DNA of 64,000 bases, taken from Camelus dromedarius (lineage: Eukaryota). Numbering within the stretch: the stretch's first letter is position 1; the number at the start of each line of letters is the position of its first letter. This document shows positions 13,006-27,084 of the stretch, in pieces. The notes under the pieces were generated by a model. It was given only the letters and a program-made list of their open reading frames with translations, had not been told where the DNA came from and searched no databases. The DNA lies in the NCBI RefSeq assembly GCF_036321535.1, contig NC_087472.1:99822001-99886000 (forward strand), given 5' to 3'. Position numbers and translations under genes: made by a program.

Positions 13006-14389
13006 CACCAGGGACACTGTTTTTCTTGATCTCCACGTCAGGTAGGGCCAAAGGGGTAGCTGTTTTGGTGGCAGTCTGTGTGGGAGACAGCTTCCATCTT
13101 TGCAGTTTGAGGAAGTTGAGAGGGACGTTTGTCTCAGCCTGGCGGGCTGTGAAGTTGATCAGATAACCTTGTTTTTTTGGAGGCCCATCCTGGAGTTTTG
13201 ATGATCCCAGCTGGGACTGTCACCGAGGGCTACCCTCTGAGGGCCACTGGGGTCTGGGGTGATGTGGAAGGGGAACAGGGAGTTGGGATGGCTGGGAACA
13301 GCTGGGCTGACCAGCAAGCGAGGAATGAGGAAGCAGGGGGATGAAGGCAGGAAATGACAGATGAGTTTGCCCCTTGGGAGGAAGAAAATAGAAGATGGGG
13401 TTGATTACATCTGGCCCCACAGAAAGTAAAAGCTTGGGCTTTTTGTTCGTGCGCTTTGTGATTGGTTTCACTGTTGAGTCAACTTGGAGTGCTGGGTCAT
13501 GTTTTGGGCATCCAGTGCACTCCAGCCCCGACACGCCCGAGGGTTCAGTGTGGACACTTGGTGGCCCAGGGAAGGCTTGTCACTATCCACACGGCGCTCT
13601 CTGGAGAGAGTAGCAGCCCGGCTCAAGACGCCGTCCTGGGAGGGCTCCGCTCTGGGGAGTGCAGACCTGGCCTGCGCATGCTCATGGGGCCACAGCCGTG
13701 TCCTCAGGAATCCTAGGAAATAATCTGTGGCAAACTGACCTAAGCTGGTTTGGCCTTTGAAGAATTGTCAGATTATTTTGGGAAACGGTTGATGGGAACC
13801 TTGCACGTTCTTTCCCACAGTCCCATGACCAGGAGGGAGGTTCCAGGGAGAGCCCATCTCAGACTGATTTGAGCTGCTCACGCACACTTGTTAGCAGGCA
13901 GGCCGGGGGAGAGCCTCCTTCTGTCCCTTAGGCTCGAGCACTCTGACCCAGTGAGAGACGTCAAGGCAGCTGTGATGCTGCTGCTGCCCCAGTGGTAGGA
14001 ATCCGCAGCCCCCATTGCGGGGACGGGGCCCTCCTTCCATTGCTAAGCATGGACCTGACAGAGTCCTGCACCCCCTCTCTAAGCGGATGGACTGCTGGTC
14101 TTCCTAGACTTTTCTCTGTGGTTCTTGCTAGGGTCGAGATGCTGGCCCAATATTTTCACTCGATCTAGAGAGCAGGGGGCTGTTGCTCATTTCCATTGTG
14201 CTAATTGACCAACTCCGGGGCAGATGGACTCTGCTTAGTCTTTCAAATGCTGCCCCCTCAGCCCTGGAGGGTTCTTTTCTGATTTGGGTTCTTCACATAG
14301 GAACTGACCACCTTCAGGGTAAGGATTCATGACTATATGTCTGTTATGTTACCCTGGCTATTTTTTCAAGAGTAGATTGATTAAATTAA

Positions 14390-15245
14390 ATTATTTTAAC
14401 TTTTAACTTTCTTTGGACTTAAGGAAAAGGTGCAAAAATAGTATAGAGAGTTTCTGTATATCCCTCACTCAGCTTCCGCTAATGTTGACATCTTACAAGA
14501 TCATAGTACTGTTATCTGAACCAGGAAGTCAACATTGGTATAATCCTATTTACTATGGATTTTATTTAATTTCATCCGTTTTCCACTAGTGTCCTTTTTT
14601 TGTTCTAGGATCCTAGTCAGGATGCCACCTTGCACCGAATTGTTATTTCTCCTTTGTCCCCTGCAATCTTTTCATAGTTCCTCATATTTCCTTGTCTTTT
14701 GTGACCTTGACACTTTTGAAGAGTATTGATCAGTATTTTGTTGAAAATCCCTCACATTGGATTTCCTCATAATTGGACTGCATGCATTTTCAATGGTGGC
14801 AGAATATCCATAACATAACAGTGACCATTTTAGCCATTTTAAGTGTGCAATCCAGTGGCATCAAGTACATTCACGATGTTGTACAACCATCACCATCAAC
14901 TACTTCTAGAACTTTTTCATCATCCCAAACAGAAACTCTGCACTCATTAAGTAGTTACTCTCCATTACCCCGTCCCCCCAGCCCCCGATAACCTCTATTC
15001 TACAGCCTGTCTCTCTGATTTTGTCTATTCTAGGTACCTCATATAAGTGGAATCATGTAATGTTTGTCCTATTGTGACAGGCTTCTTTCACTTACCTAAT
15101 GTCCCAGGGGGTCAGCCACATTATAGCCTGTGTCAGAACTTCATTCCTTTGTATGGAGAGACACCTCATCCATTCACCAGTTGATGGACCCTTGCTTCCA
15201 CCTTTTGGCTACTGTGAAAAGCGCTGCTGTGAACATGGGTGTGTA
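14390..15245 (-). mobile_element. Old L1 3' fragments (L1MC-like piece followed by L1MB-like piece)
   Basis: TGCAAAAATAGTATAGAGAGTTTC…CACTCAGCTTCC, then CCATTTTAAGTGTGCAATCCAGTGGCATCAAGTACATTCAC…ATAAGTGGAATCAT. Confidence 0.7.
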
Positions 15246-18012
15246 AGTGATTGGCTCACATTTTCAAAAGGAATGCGGTGGAACTGGAGAAGATACAGAC
15301 TGGAGCTGGCAGGAAAAAGTGGTCTTCTGTTTCTCCCGTCCCCTGTGGGATGAAGACTTCTGCAGAAGAGAGAGAGATTGGGGTGGGGTGTGGTGGGGCA
15401 GTGAGCGGGCAGGGGTGTTCAGAGATGGGTGCCAGAAGGTTGGGGGATCAGCAGGTGAGAGAGAGCCCCAGCTTCTGTACTTGCCCAGTTGAGGGAGGCC
15501 TAGAAGGTGCAAAGCAGGACCATTGGACAGAGTCAAAGGGAAGGACTGGCAGAGTACGGGTCAGGACCCCGATGCAGTGCAGCAAGGGTGGTTCATTCCT
15601 TACCACCTGGAGCCAGGCAGGAGGAATTGACACGGGCCGGCCCAGGAATTAAGTCTACTTACTTTTTCCTCCTACTTCTTTGTCAGATTTTTGTGACCAG
15701 ACTTCCCAGTAAGAAATACATTTTACATTGCAACCTGGTGCACACACTCATCCTTAGTGATGATTGAAATACTCATTTCACAGAGAACGTTTACTTTTAT
15801 GACATGAAATGTACCCTGATGTTTTTGATTCAATACTATTACATTAAAAACAAAAGCTTATCATGACCTGGTTTGCCCTTGGCTTGAAAACGCAGTGCTG
15901 TATGAAGCCCCCCACACAAAGTTCTTTGTGCAATTTAGTTTTTCTTTTTCTATGGGGTCTCCCTCTTCCTCCCCACCCCTGCCCTGTGAACACTGTAAAC
16001 TGTGTAATTGATCATGTTTCCCTTTTTCATTTGACTCTTAGGAAACTCAGAGCCAAATTGGCTCGACCACGTGGGAGGTCTCGATGTGGTGTCATATATC
16101 AGTACCCACTGATACCTTAACTTTTCCTGGCTCTTCACCGTTTAGCTGTATTTTTTCTGATCCTAATTATTTTTTATAATATATTTTTCCTTTACTGCAT
16201 GAATTCTTGGGACCTGGCACAACCTATGTGGAATGCGGTAGGATGTGATGATAGAATACCTCAGAAATCATTGAGCACTTTTGATCTCGACTGAGAGAAG
16301 CTTTGGAGTAAAGTCTGCCTCCTTAGAGATTTATTTTTTTGAAGAGAGGTCTGGACTGCATAGTTTTCCTTTAGCTCTGTGACTCTCTGATTTATTTTTA
16401 TGGCCTTTGATTCTTTGTTTCAGATTATCTAGAAAGCATCTCCCCTTTCCTCTCTCTCTCTCTCTGTTTTTTAAAAGAAATTTACTACAGTTGAAAAGGT
16501 AGAATTTGGAAAGTTTAGTATTGATGTGGAGGAATGGTGTCATTTTATCTTTAAATAGAGATGTTTTAACTTGCACTCACATTTCCTAGAATGCCATTTG
16601 TTAATGTAGACTTGTTTTTTTAATCCTGGGAATGTCTCTTAATCAAGCATCCTGTGTCTGTAGAGCTCACCCCACCTTAGCTCTGCTTCTCAACCTGTTG
16701 CTCTGCTGTCTAACTGGTTTCTCTGCCACCTGCAGCCTCTGCCCACGAGTCCACCTTCTGCCATAGGCATCTCCAGAGAACCCACGAGTCTGTTTGTCCC
16801 TCCCCTCTGCTCCCCAACCTCCAGGCCCTCCCCGTGCATGCAGATCATGGAGTCTCTTGAGCTTGTATCCAGGCCAGAGCCTGCCTCGCCATGTGGTTAG
16901 CTCCCTCACTTCCACTGCAGCCTCCCACTCACCCCCCCCCAGGTCAGAAGGCTTTGAAGGAGGATGAAATGGACAGACCATCTGAGGTACTGGACCTCTC
17001 AAGAGGTGATGAAGACAAGGGAGGGAGAGTCTGGAGTTGAATCAGTTGTTTAATGAACTTTTCACTAAGCAAATACGTTTTGCCTGTGCTGTCTGTGCGG
17101 AGCTGCTGGTGCCTTCATGTGAGGTGATAAAAAGGAAGTGAGGACTGTGTTGGCCTTAAATGTCATACTGATGAGAAGGGACGTCTTAGACTTTCTGAGA
17201 CCTGTTTAATCATTCCATTCTGAAAGAACATAATTGCCTTTTAGCTCCTTATATGGGATCTACTTTAACACATTCAAAAGCAGGGTTTTCGGGGGCAGTG
17301 TAGTTTATTGCATATTTGAAATTCTTCTACTTTCTTTTCTCTCTGTTGGCAGTCATTGATTTAGAAGTGAGCTAGAAGCATCTGAGAGGAACTGTCACTA
17401 ATTCACTGTGAAGTTAATTTTATTTTGGTTACGGGTAATTATTTCATGTTTGCTTCTGCGGGGAACAGTGGCGATAGATTTCATCACCTTTTTTTCCTGA
17501 AAGCGTCCCTTTTACCTGTGCAAACCTTTCTCTCTTTGCGGAAGTGGGCTTCTGCAGAGAGCCTCCCTAGGTCTTGCTGCTGATGCCCAATAGCTTGAGG
17601 AATGTGCCAGTCTGATAAGTCACTGGTGGAGTGAAGGTATTAGGCCACCTATAGAAACAATTAGAAGAAAAAAATCTGGCAAAGGAGCAGACCAGGAAAG
17701 TTAAAAAAAAAATACTTCATGGCACACAGTTTGATTAAGTTAGTACTTAGAGATTGATGTTTACACCATCAGTGTCCCCGCTGAAATGCTAAATGAGGAG
17801 TCCAGCTGCCATACGTGGCCCATCATTCAGTGTATACTCAAAGGCTCTGTCAGAAAATGTGTCTATGCCTTCAGTGTGTAGTACTTTGCCAGGTAGAGGC
17901 TAAGAGTAAGTGAAAATATATAATACCTGGTCCCTTCTCTTACAGGAACTTAAATCTGTGTGGGGTGGCAGGACATATAATTTAAGAGATGAGTTAATGT
18001 AACAGTCTAAGA

Positions 18013-18230
18013 CAGGGATTGGTGAACTGTGACCTACCGTCCAAATCTGGCCTGCTGATTATTTTTGCAAATAGAGTTTTATTGGAACACAGCCATGCCC
18101 ATTCATGTACGTGTTGTCCAAGGCTTTATTGCCATCATGACTGAGTTGAGTAGTTGAAACAGCATCTATGACCCACAGAGCCTAAAATATTTACCATTTC
18201 ACCCTTGAAGAAAAAGCTTACCAACGCTTA
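18013..18230. mobile_element. hAT-family non-autonomous DNA transposon (MER58A-like)
   Basis: CAGGGATTGGTGAACT…GTTTTATTGGAACACAGCCATGCCCATTCAT…CCTAAAATATTTAC. 8-bp TSD (G/A)TCTAAGA at 18005-18012 and 18231-18238. Confidence 0.85.
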
Positions 18231-18695
18231 ATCTAAGATAATATTTCAAAAGATGTGACGAGGCTGTGTCTCCTGGTTAGAAGTGATTCAGCCAGTTACC
18301 GCTGTAGTTAGTGAGTCTGAGAACATAGTGGTGGGCGGCCTGAGATGGAGCTGAAAGTTGACCTGAAGCTGTGAAGGTGGAGGGTGCTTTGTAATGTGAG
18401 GAGTAAGAAACCAGGTTCACAGATGAGAATGTACATGGTGCCCTCTGGGGAAGTGTGGGGTGATGGGGACCTGGACTCTCCAGCTGCAACTGGGGCTGGG
18501 GGCTGGGGATAAATGCAGATGAGGTTGTCAATGTCAAACCTGCATGAGATGGTGGTGGCCTCTGAGTTCCCGGATGGAGAATGGGAGTCTCTCCTAAACG
18601 TGTACTTTCTTTCAAAGGCAACATTCACTTACACAGTAGATATTGATTTCAGACCTACAATGTGCTGGCTGTCACCTACTCATTTGTTTTCTTTT

Positions 18696-19237
18696 TTTTT
18701 TTGACTCCTCATTACTCCTTTTATTTATTTTTTTTAACATTTTTTATTGACTTATAATCATTTTACAATGTTGTGTCAAATTCCAGTGTTCAGCACAATT
18801 TTTCAGTCATTCATGGACATATACACACTCATTGTCACATTTTTTTCTCTGTGAGTTATCATAACATTTTGTGTATATTTCCCTGTGCTATACAGTGTAA
18901 TCTTGTTTATCTATTCTACAATTTTGAAATCCCAGTCTATCCCTTCCCACCCTCCACCCCCCTGGCAACCACAAGTCTGTATTCTCTGTCTATGAGTCTA
19001 TTTCTGTCCTGTATTTATGCTTTGTTTTTGTTTGTTTGTTTGTTTGTTTTTGTTTTTGTTTTTTAGATTCCACATATGAGCGATCTCATATGGTATTTTT
19101 CTTTCTCTTTCTGGCTTACTTCACTTAGAATGACATTCTCCAGGAGCATCCATGTTGCTGCAAATGGCGTTATGTTGTTGGTTTTTATGGCTGAGTAGTA
19201 TTCCATTGTATAAATATACCACATCTTCTTTATCCAG
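18696..19237 (-). mobile_element. Young 5'-truncated L1 3' end with short 3' tag
   Basis: ORF2 C-terminus on the minus strand ([18 protein letters not shown]…[10 protein letters not shown]) plus 3'UTR. Perfect 16-bp TSD TCATTTGTTTTCTTTT at 18680-18695 and 19238-19253. Confidence 0.92.
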
Positions 19238-19260
19238 TCATTTGTTTTCTTTTGTGAATT

Positions 19261-19262
<2 letters not shown>

Positions 19263-19301
<39 letters not shown>
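19263..19301. repeat. (CA)n microsatellite
   Basis: Perfect CA run immediately right of the L1 TSD. Confidence 0.95.
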
Positions 19302-19303
<2 letters not shown>

Positions 19304-19825
19304 TGCAAAAGAAAATCCCATGTGCATTTTGCACTAAGCTTGTTCTAGATCATTTTCTCAAGCTCCTCAGGTTCTCTCCTCACACCTGACCATCACTAGC
19401 CATCTTTACCGTGCTGGGTCCCTGACTCATGTTCCTGCTGTCCAGCCCAGGGCCCCCAGACTCTCAGTAAATACTTCCCAGCTCAAAGAGCTACACTGTC
19501 CAAGAAAATGTCAGCTAAGAATTTATGGGGGTGGGCAGGCCTAATTTGGCCTGGTTTCATATTTGAGCATGCTACCTGTATTCATGCGTGCACTTTGATA
19601 TCTTCCCATTTTCATCTGTGTAGCTGCACTGTCAGGAGCATATGTCTCAGAAAATCTTCACTGATGGAAAAAAATATGAGCAGGAACAGGGGCAAGAAGA
19701 CAGGCTTTGAATTCAGACTGGCTGGCAGCTGGGATATCAGCTCCCCACCCTTGAGTAGGCTATCTGATCTCTCTGGGAACCAGATTATTCATAAATTGGG
19801 AACCACAGTAGACACCCCATAGAGT

Positions 19826-20387
19826 GTGTGTCAGTTACTACTGCTGTGTGACAAATTACTCCAAACTTAGCACCTTTAAACAGCCATTTTATTACGCTCA
19901 TGGATTTTGTGGGTCCAAAATTTGGACAAGGCATGGTGAGGATGGCTTGTCTCAGTTCTGCAATGTCTGAGGCCTAAGCTGGAAAGACTTGAAGACAGAG
20001 GGTGACTTGACAGCAGGAGAGCTGGAATCATCTGAAGCCTCTGACACTCATGTGTTGGCCCTGGCTGGGATGACTGAGCAACGTGGCGGTGAATGCCTGC
20101 ATGTGGTCCCTCAGTATGAGTGGGCTTCCTTACAACGTGGCCATCTTCGGGGTATTCCAGTCAGTGGGTTGGAGCTGTGTATTAACCCTTTGTCACTCAG
20201 CCTCAGAAGTCAGACAGCGTCACTTCCCTGCACTCTCCTGGTCAAAGTGCTCACAAGCCTACCCAAATTCAAAGGCCCAGGGAAGGAGATTAGATTTCCT
20301 CTGTTGATGGCTGGGGTCACATTCAGGAAGAGCGTGAGGGATGGGAAAGGTTGCTGTAGCCATCTTGCAAAATATAATTAGCCGCAG
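19826..20387 (-). mobile_element. MaLR solo LTR (MLT1G/H-like)
   Basis: TGTGTCAGTTACTACTGCTGTGTGACAAATTACTCCAAACTTAG…GCCATCTTGCAAAATATAATTAGCCGCA. Confidence 0.7.
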
Positions 20388-21399
20388 GGTGGTCATTATA
20401 GTTAAATGATGTGATGAAGATAAAAGCAACTAGCAACCTCGGAATTAAGAGTATATTTTCATTAAGCAACTATTTGTTACATTCCTGCTGTGTGCTGGAT
20501 GTTAGGCCAGCCCTGGGTCTATAGGGGCAGCCACAGCAGACGTGCTCTCTGCCGTCCTGTAGCTTTCACTCTAGTCAGGGACACAGGCAGCAATCCCACA
20601 TGAGTAGATCTGTAATAAAGACTTGGAATACCATGTCCTTTCATGGAGAGGGACTGGTTGAGTGTCTGGATTTGTTTGTTTCATTTGAAGTGAGAATGAA
20701 GTGAATTTCCTTCCATGGATGCTGAGGAAGGGCAATCTGCCTGGTGTTAATGGTCCTGCTCGCTGCTCTCTTGCTAGTGGTAGCTCGGTGGACCTGTAGA
20801 CTCATAGCCCTGAAGGATGCCTCAGAAATCATCAGGCCCAGGATCTGCAGGCACCCCTGACCCTGTAGTTCAATGTAGACTTATGTTCCTCCTTCCTAAA
20901 AAGGCGTTTAGGAAAGCGGCGGAGGTATGGAGTCACCTGGGGACCATCTTCAACCTAGATGTACCCCCTCATTCTGATGTAGCCCAGGCTGTGGGGAGAG
21001 AGGCAAGGGGAGGTTGCACAGGTGATTCTGACCCCTGGGAAAGGAATCCCTGTGGCATAGACCAGCACTTCTCGAATGACACTGTGTGTGGCGGTCCCCT
21101 GGGGATCTTGTTATGCTAAAGCTTCTGATTCAGTGGGTATGGGTGAGGCCAGGGCCTGGTGCTGAGCAGCAAGATACGGACGGACACAGAGGCCTACGGA
21201 GGCTTACCCCGCCAGTTGAGGGCCAGCTTGCAGAGAGTGAGGCGCCGAGGGCTAGGCAGGTGACCTACCGCACTTCTGCCATGTTTCAGCACACATTTCT
21301 TAAAGATGAGGACCCCGTTAAAAACCAGAATTGTGATATCAGTTTTATACCTAAACAACCCAAATGACAGCCTTCCTTATACAAAACACATCTCAAGAA

Positions 21400-22175
21400 A
21401 GACAAAATCAGAGTGTAAATTTGTATAACCATGATGGAAACAGTATGGCAGGGTCTTCAAAAAATTAAAAATAGAATTATCATATAATCCAGCAATCCCA
21501 CTTCTGGGTTTATATCAGAAAGAAATGAAATCATTATCTCAAAAAGATATTTGCACCCCAGTGTTCATCACAGCGTTATTTACAATAGCCAAGGAAATGA
21601 CTTACATGTCCATTGGTGGATAAATGGATAAAGAAAATGTGATATGAATATATAGTGGAATATTATTCAGCCATAAAAGAAGGGAATCCTGTCATTTGCA
21701 ACACTATAGGTGAACCTCGAGGGCACGTGCTAACTGAAATAAGTTGGACAGAGAAAGATAAATATTGTATGATATCACTTTGTGTAGTCTGAAAATGCTG
21801 CTCAGGAACAGAGAATAGAATGGTGTTTGTCAGGGGCTGGGTGTGGGGTGGAGGAAATGGAGAGATGTTGGTCAAAGAGTATTTCTCATTTCCTGGAATA
21901 ATATGAATCCGTTCTGAAGGATCTGGGTGACTGTAGTTAACTATACCGTGTTGTGTACTTGAAAGCTGCTAAGAGAGTAGAGAGTAGGTCTTAACTGTTA
22001 TCACCCTACCACCACCACAACAAAATGGTAATTATGTGAGGAGAAGGATGTATTAACTAACCTTATTGTGGGAATCATATTGCAGTATATAAGTGTATCA
22101 AATCATTACATTGTATACCTTAAACTTACACAACGTTATGTGTCAATTACATTTCACTAAAGCTTAGAAAAAAGA
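21400..22175 (+). mobile_element. Old L1 3' end (L1MA-like)
   Basis: CCAGCAATCCCACTTCTGGGT…TATTATTCAGCCATAAAAGAAGGGAATCCTGTCATTTGCAAC…TTGTATACCTTAAACTTACAC, typical of an L1MA 3' end. Confidence 0.8.
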
Positions 22176-23080
22176 CATGAAACATGACAGATGAAAATAA
22201 AGCTATAGCCTCATCATACACGTTGATGCACAAAGCAACCAAAAATAGTCTGAATTAAGAATGTTCACAGAGGTGGCCTTGCAGCTTTTTTCCCAAAGTC
22301 CACGCTTGCAGTCACGTGGTGTCGAATACACTTTTGATTGTGCTTGTTGCTTATTATATCTTTTAAGTAGCTAAAAACATATCTTAACAAAGGAATTAGG
22401 ATTAAGCATGGTACACCCTCCAAAGTGAACACAGTTTATGTCCCCATTGCCTGAGGATTTCTTTTATAAGACGTGTCTTGTGGGGAGATAATCACAATTT
22501 TGGTTCCTGGACATATATTTTATAATTATTCACAGAGAATAAACTGTAGCAGTAAAAAGGAAAAAGTACTTTTGGATCAATTGTTTATTTAAAAATATTT
22601 GTGGATACTTAGTGCCCTTAATAACAAGTTCAGGTATTCACACACACACACTCTTACTATCTTGTTGCCTTTACATACCCCATCTTCCTTTTCCAGCACA
22701 TTGCTGTGCATAACATGGTTGACTGAATCACTTGTGAAACTACTGATTACACCAGCTCAAATTACACCAGCATTCAGATTTTTCTCTTCATCTTTTTGGT
22801 TGAATGTGGAACAGGATTCTTCTCCTTGCACATTGAGAACATTTTAACAGTCCGGAAGTGTTTCAGCATGCATTTCTTAAAGATAATGACTCTTTTCAAA
22901 ACCATAATCACAATATCATTTTTACACCTACAATAACTATCTCCTTATCATCACACATCCAATTCATATATCCAGTTATTACATATAGTTAAAATATTTT
23001 CAAAGACATTTATCTGAATCTAGATTTGGAAGGTCTGAACTTCCTAACTGGTTGGTTATCTCTGAGTCTCTCTCTCTCTC

Positions 23081-23228
23081 TTTTTTATTGAATTATAATC
23101 AGTTACAATGTGTCAGTTTCTGGTGTACAGCACAATGCTTCAGTCATACATATACATACATATATTTGTTTTCATATTCTTTTTCATTAGAAGTTACTAC
23201 AAGATAATGAATTTAGTTCCCTCTGCTA
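23081..23228 (-). mobile_element. Short young L1 3'UTR fragment
   Basis: Same 3' end as the copies at 25.1, 38.4 and 41.9 kb (…CAATGTGTCAGTTTCTGGTGTACAGCACAATG…). Flanked by imperfect TATCTC(TG)AGTCTCT repeats. Confidence 0.8.
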
Positions 23229-24284
23229 TATCTCAGTCTCTTAATTTAGGTTCCCCCATCTTTTTCCTTCTTCCTTTTGCAATTTTTATTTTTTTTGGTT
23301 GAAGAAACTAAGTAATTTACTTGTGGAGTTTCCTGCAGTCTGGATTTTGTTGACTGCACCTTTGGAGGTCATTTAACATATTCCTGGACCCCCATCCTCC
23401 CTATAAACTGGAAGTAAATCTAGAATTTTGATCCCATTTAGGTTTAGTTCATTGGCAAGTGTGCTTTATGGGGTTGGCATGTTACTTCCGTCATGAGGTC
23501 CTCGAAGCCTGATTGTCTCTCTTTTTGTAATGTTAGCAGCCGTTAGTGACCATTGCCCATACCCCTGATTACATTAGATGTTGCAAAATGTTGATTGTCT
23601 AATTCTCTCATTCCTTCTTCATTTATTAGCCAGAATACTCCTATAAAGGGAAATTTCTTCTCATTTACAATTTGGTTATCCTGAATTCATGTGAGAAAAG
23701 CAGGAGAAATGTTTGATTCTTTCCCTTAATTTACCAGTTTTCAGAAGAGTGAGTTGATTCCCTAAGCATTGATTAAAAAAACGACACTTTGAAAAGTAGA
23801 TTCACCTAACATGTATTTGAGACATCAAATCTATTTAATGTATTTCAGTCCACTGTGGTTATTCTTACTGATACTCAGATTGTCCCATTCGTGGCCAGTT
23901 GGGAGGCTTTTCTCATTCAGTTCTGAATTCTTTTGACCTGACTCTGTTAGTCTTTGATAGCTTCTTTGCTTTGACAAGATGTTTTTATGACAAGATGTTT
24001 CAGGCTTGTCACCTTTCCTGCCCCAGACCTGGAATCAACCATTTCTCCGAGGCTACCTGGCTTTTTTTAAAAAATGAAAAATGGTATTTAGAGACTAGAT
24101 ATAATTATTTCTGAAAAAATTACACATTACTCTATTAGGACCATCCTAGAAGTCTGTTGATTGGGGGCTGTTGATCCTCTTAGTTTTATTTTTATTAACC
24201 TCATGTTTCAGTTTTGGAAAAGATTTCCAAAGTTTTAAACCTCACTCCAGTTTATTTAGGTATGATTCTGTTTGTCCATCTTTA

Positions 24285-24422
24285 TTTTCTAAAATTATTA
24301 GTATTTTTTTGGTAGGGGGAGGTAATTAGGTTTATTTATTTTTAATGGAGGTACTGGGATTGAACCCAGGACCTCGTGCATGCTAAACACACACTCTATA
24401 CACTGAGCTATACCCTCCCCCC
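24285..24422 (-). mobile_element. tRNA-Ala-derived SINE (Vic-1-like)
   Basis: Reverse complement of the same SINE (…TTGAACCCAGG…CTGAGCTATACCCTCCCC). TSD TCCATCTTTA at 24275-24284 and 24423-24432. Confidence 0.88.
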
Positions 24423-25116
24423 TCCATCTTTAAATTATAACCTTCAATGGAAAGAAAATTTTGGGGTTTTAACTTCACTTCCTTTTTTTTTGTTAATCTA
24501 TCTAGATGCATACCTACTAAGTAGTTTTCTGTTATTGTGACAAAGTATTTATAATTTAATTGATAAAGAAAATGTTCTTGTAGATAGTTGACTAAGCAAC
24601 TTTGAGTTCAAATTCCTATTCTATTAAAAATGCCAACTAAAAAGACTTGGAAACTGTTGGTAGTTACAATGTTGATAAACTCATAGTAACTCTATAATAC
24701 CATACATGAAACCATCAAATGCACCAGCCCAAATAACCTACATGTTATGGTGTTGCATGTGCTCTAGGTGTTATTTCCCGCTTGGCTGTTGCGGAGTTCA
24801 AAGTAGTTATGCTTCTGACAGTTTGAAATTCTAGATTGCTTTGAAGAGCTGCTGTTTTGCTGTTATTTTCTGCTCTAAGCCCTGTACATTTGCCTCAGAT
24901 CCATCTTCTTGGATTCTGAGCTTCTTGTCAAAATCATCCTTATAAGCTTCTCTCCCCTCAACAACAAGCATTTCTTGAGTGTCTGATGGGGGCAAGCAGT
25001 CAGTTCAGCACTTGAGGAAGGAAGACGTGTTGGGCAATGTGACTTTTCTTTTAGGAGACCTACAGCCTCAGCTTAACACTTCCTTCTGCCTTCCAGGGGC
25101 TCACACATTAGCAGGA

Positions 25117-27084
25117 CTTTTTTAAAATTTATTTTTCATTGAAGTACAGTCAGTTACAATGTGTCAATTTCTGGTGTACAGCACAATGTCCCAGTCAAGC
25201 ATATACATACATATATTCATTTTCATATTCTTTTTTATTAAAGGTTATAACAAGATATTGAATATAGTTCCCTGTGCTGTACAGAAAAAACTTGGTTTTT
25301 TTTTAATCTATTTATATATATATAGCGGCTAACATTTGCTAATCTCAAACTCCCAAATTTATCCCTTCCCACCTCCTTTCCCCTGGTAACCGTTAGATTG
25401 TTTACTGTGTCTGCAAGTCTGTTTCTGTTTTATAGATGAGTTCATTAGTGTCCTCTTTTTTTCTTTTTTTTTAGATTTCACATATAAGTGACATCATATG
25501 GTATTTTTCTTTCTCTTTCTGGCTTACTTCACTTAGAATGACAGTCTCTAGGTCCATCCATGTTGCTGCAAATGGCATTATTTCATTCTTTTTTATGGCT
25601 GAGTAGTATTCCATTGTATAAATATACCACCACTTACTTATCCAGTCATCTGTTGATGGACATTTAGGTTGTTTCCATGTCTTGGCTTTTGTAACTAGTG
25701 CTGCTGTGAACATTGGGGTGCATGTATCTTTTCGAATTAGAGTTCCCTCTGGATATATGCCCAGGAGTGGGATTGCTGGATATGTTAAGTCTATCTTTAG
25801 TCTTTTGAGGAATCGCCGTACTGTTTTGCATAATGTCTGCACCAAACTACATTCCCACCAGCAGTGTAGGAGGGTTCCCTTTTCTCCAGAGCCTCTCCAG
25901 CATTTATCGTTTGTGGACATTTTAGTGATGGGCATTCTGACTGGTGTGAGGTGATACCTCATTGTAGTTTTGATTTGCATTTCTCTGATAATTAGTGATA
26001 TTGAGCATTTTCTCATGTGCCATTCATATGTCTTCATTGGAGAATTGCTTGTTTAGGTCCTCTGCCCATTTTAGGATTGGTTTTTTTTTTTTTTAAGTTG
26101 TATGAGCTGTTTATATATTTTAGAAATTAAACTTTTGTCATTCACATCACTTGCGAATATTTTCTCCCATTCCGTAGGTTGTCGTTTTGTTTTGCTTATG
26201 GTTTCCTTTGCTGTGGCAAAGCTTATAAGTTTAGTTGGGTCCCATTTGTTGATTTTTGCTTTTATTTATATTGCCTGAGAAGACTGCTCTAGGAGAACAT
26301 TCCTGAGATTTATGTCAGAGAATGTTTTGCCTATGCTATCTCCTAGGAGATTTATCATGTCTTGTCTTATATTTAAGACTTTAAGCTATTTTGAGTTTAT
26401 TTTTGTGTATGGTGGGAGGGAGTGTTCTAACTTCGTTGATTTACATGCTGCTGTCCAGTTTTCCCAGCACCACTTGCTGAAGAGACTTCCTTTTCTCCAT
26501 TGTATATTCTTGCCTCTTTTGTCAAAGATTAATTGACTGTAAGTCTGTGGGTTTATCTCTGGGCTCTCTGTTATGTTCCATTGATCCATATGTCTGTTTT
26601 TATGTCAATACCATGCTGTTTTGATTACTGTAGCTCTGTAATATTGTCTGCAGTCTGGGAGGGTTATTCCTCCAGCTTTGTTCTTTTTTCTTCAGTATTG
26701 CTTTGGCAATTCTGGGTCTTTTGTGATTCCATATAAAGTTTAGGATTATTTGTTCTAGTTCTGTGAAAACTGCCATGGATAATTTGATAGGGACTGCATT
26801 AAATCTGTAGATTGCCTTGGGCAGTATGGCCATTTAAAAATATTGATTCTTCCAATCCAAGAGCATGGGATATCTTTCTGTTTCTTTAAGTAATCTTTAA
26901 TTTCCTAAGTGTTTTGTAGTTCTCCACGTATAAATCTTTCACCTCCTTGGTCATATTTATTCCTAAGTATTTTATTGTTTTGGATGCAATTTTAAAAGGG
27001 ATTGTTTCCTTACTTTCTTTTCCTGCTATTTCATTGTTAGTGTAAAGAAATGCAACTGATTTCTGTATGTTAATTTTGTATTCT
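25117..27084 (-). mobile_element. 5'-truncated young L1 (~2 kb of ORF2 3' part and 3'UTR)
   Basis: Minus-strand ORF2 peptides ([52 protein letters not shown]) with frameshifts. Flanking TTAGCAGGA at 25108-25116 and 27085-27093. Confidence 0.93.

Noticed and set aside
25471..26037. 188-aa ORF and similar ones at 38992-39294, 19063-19308 and 52837-53145
   Set aside because: Fragments of L1 ORF2 in truncated or decayed elements.
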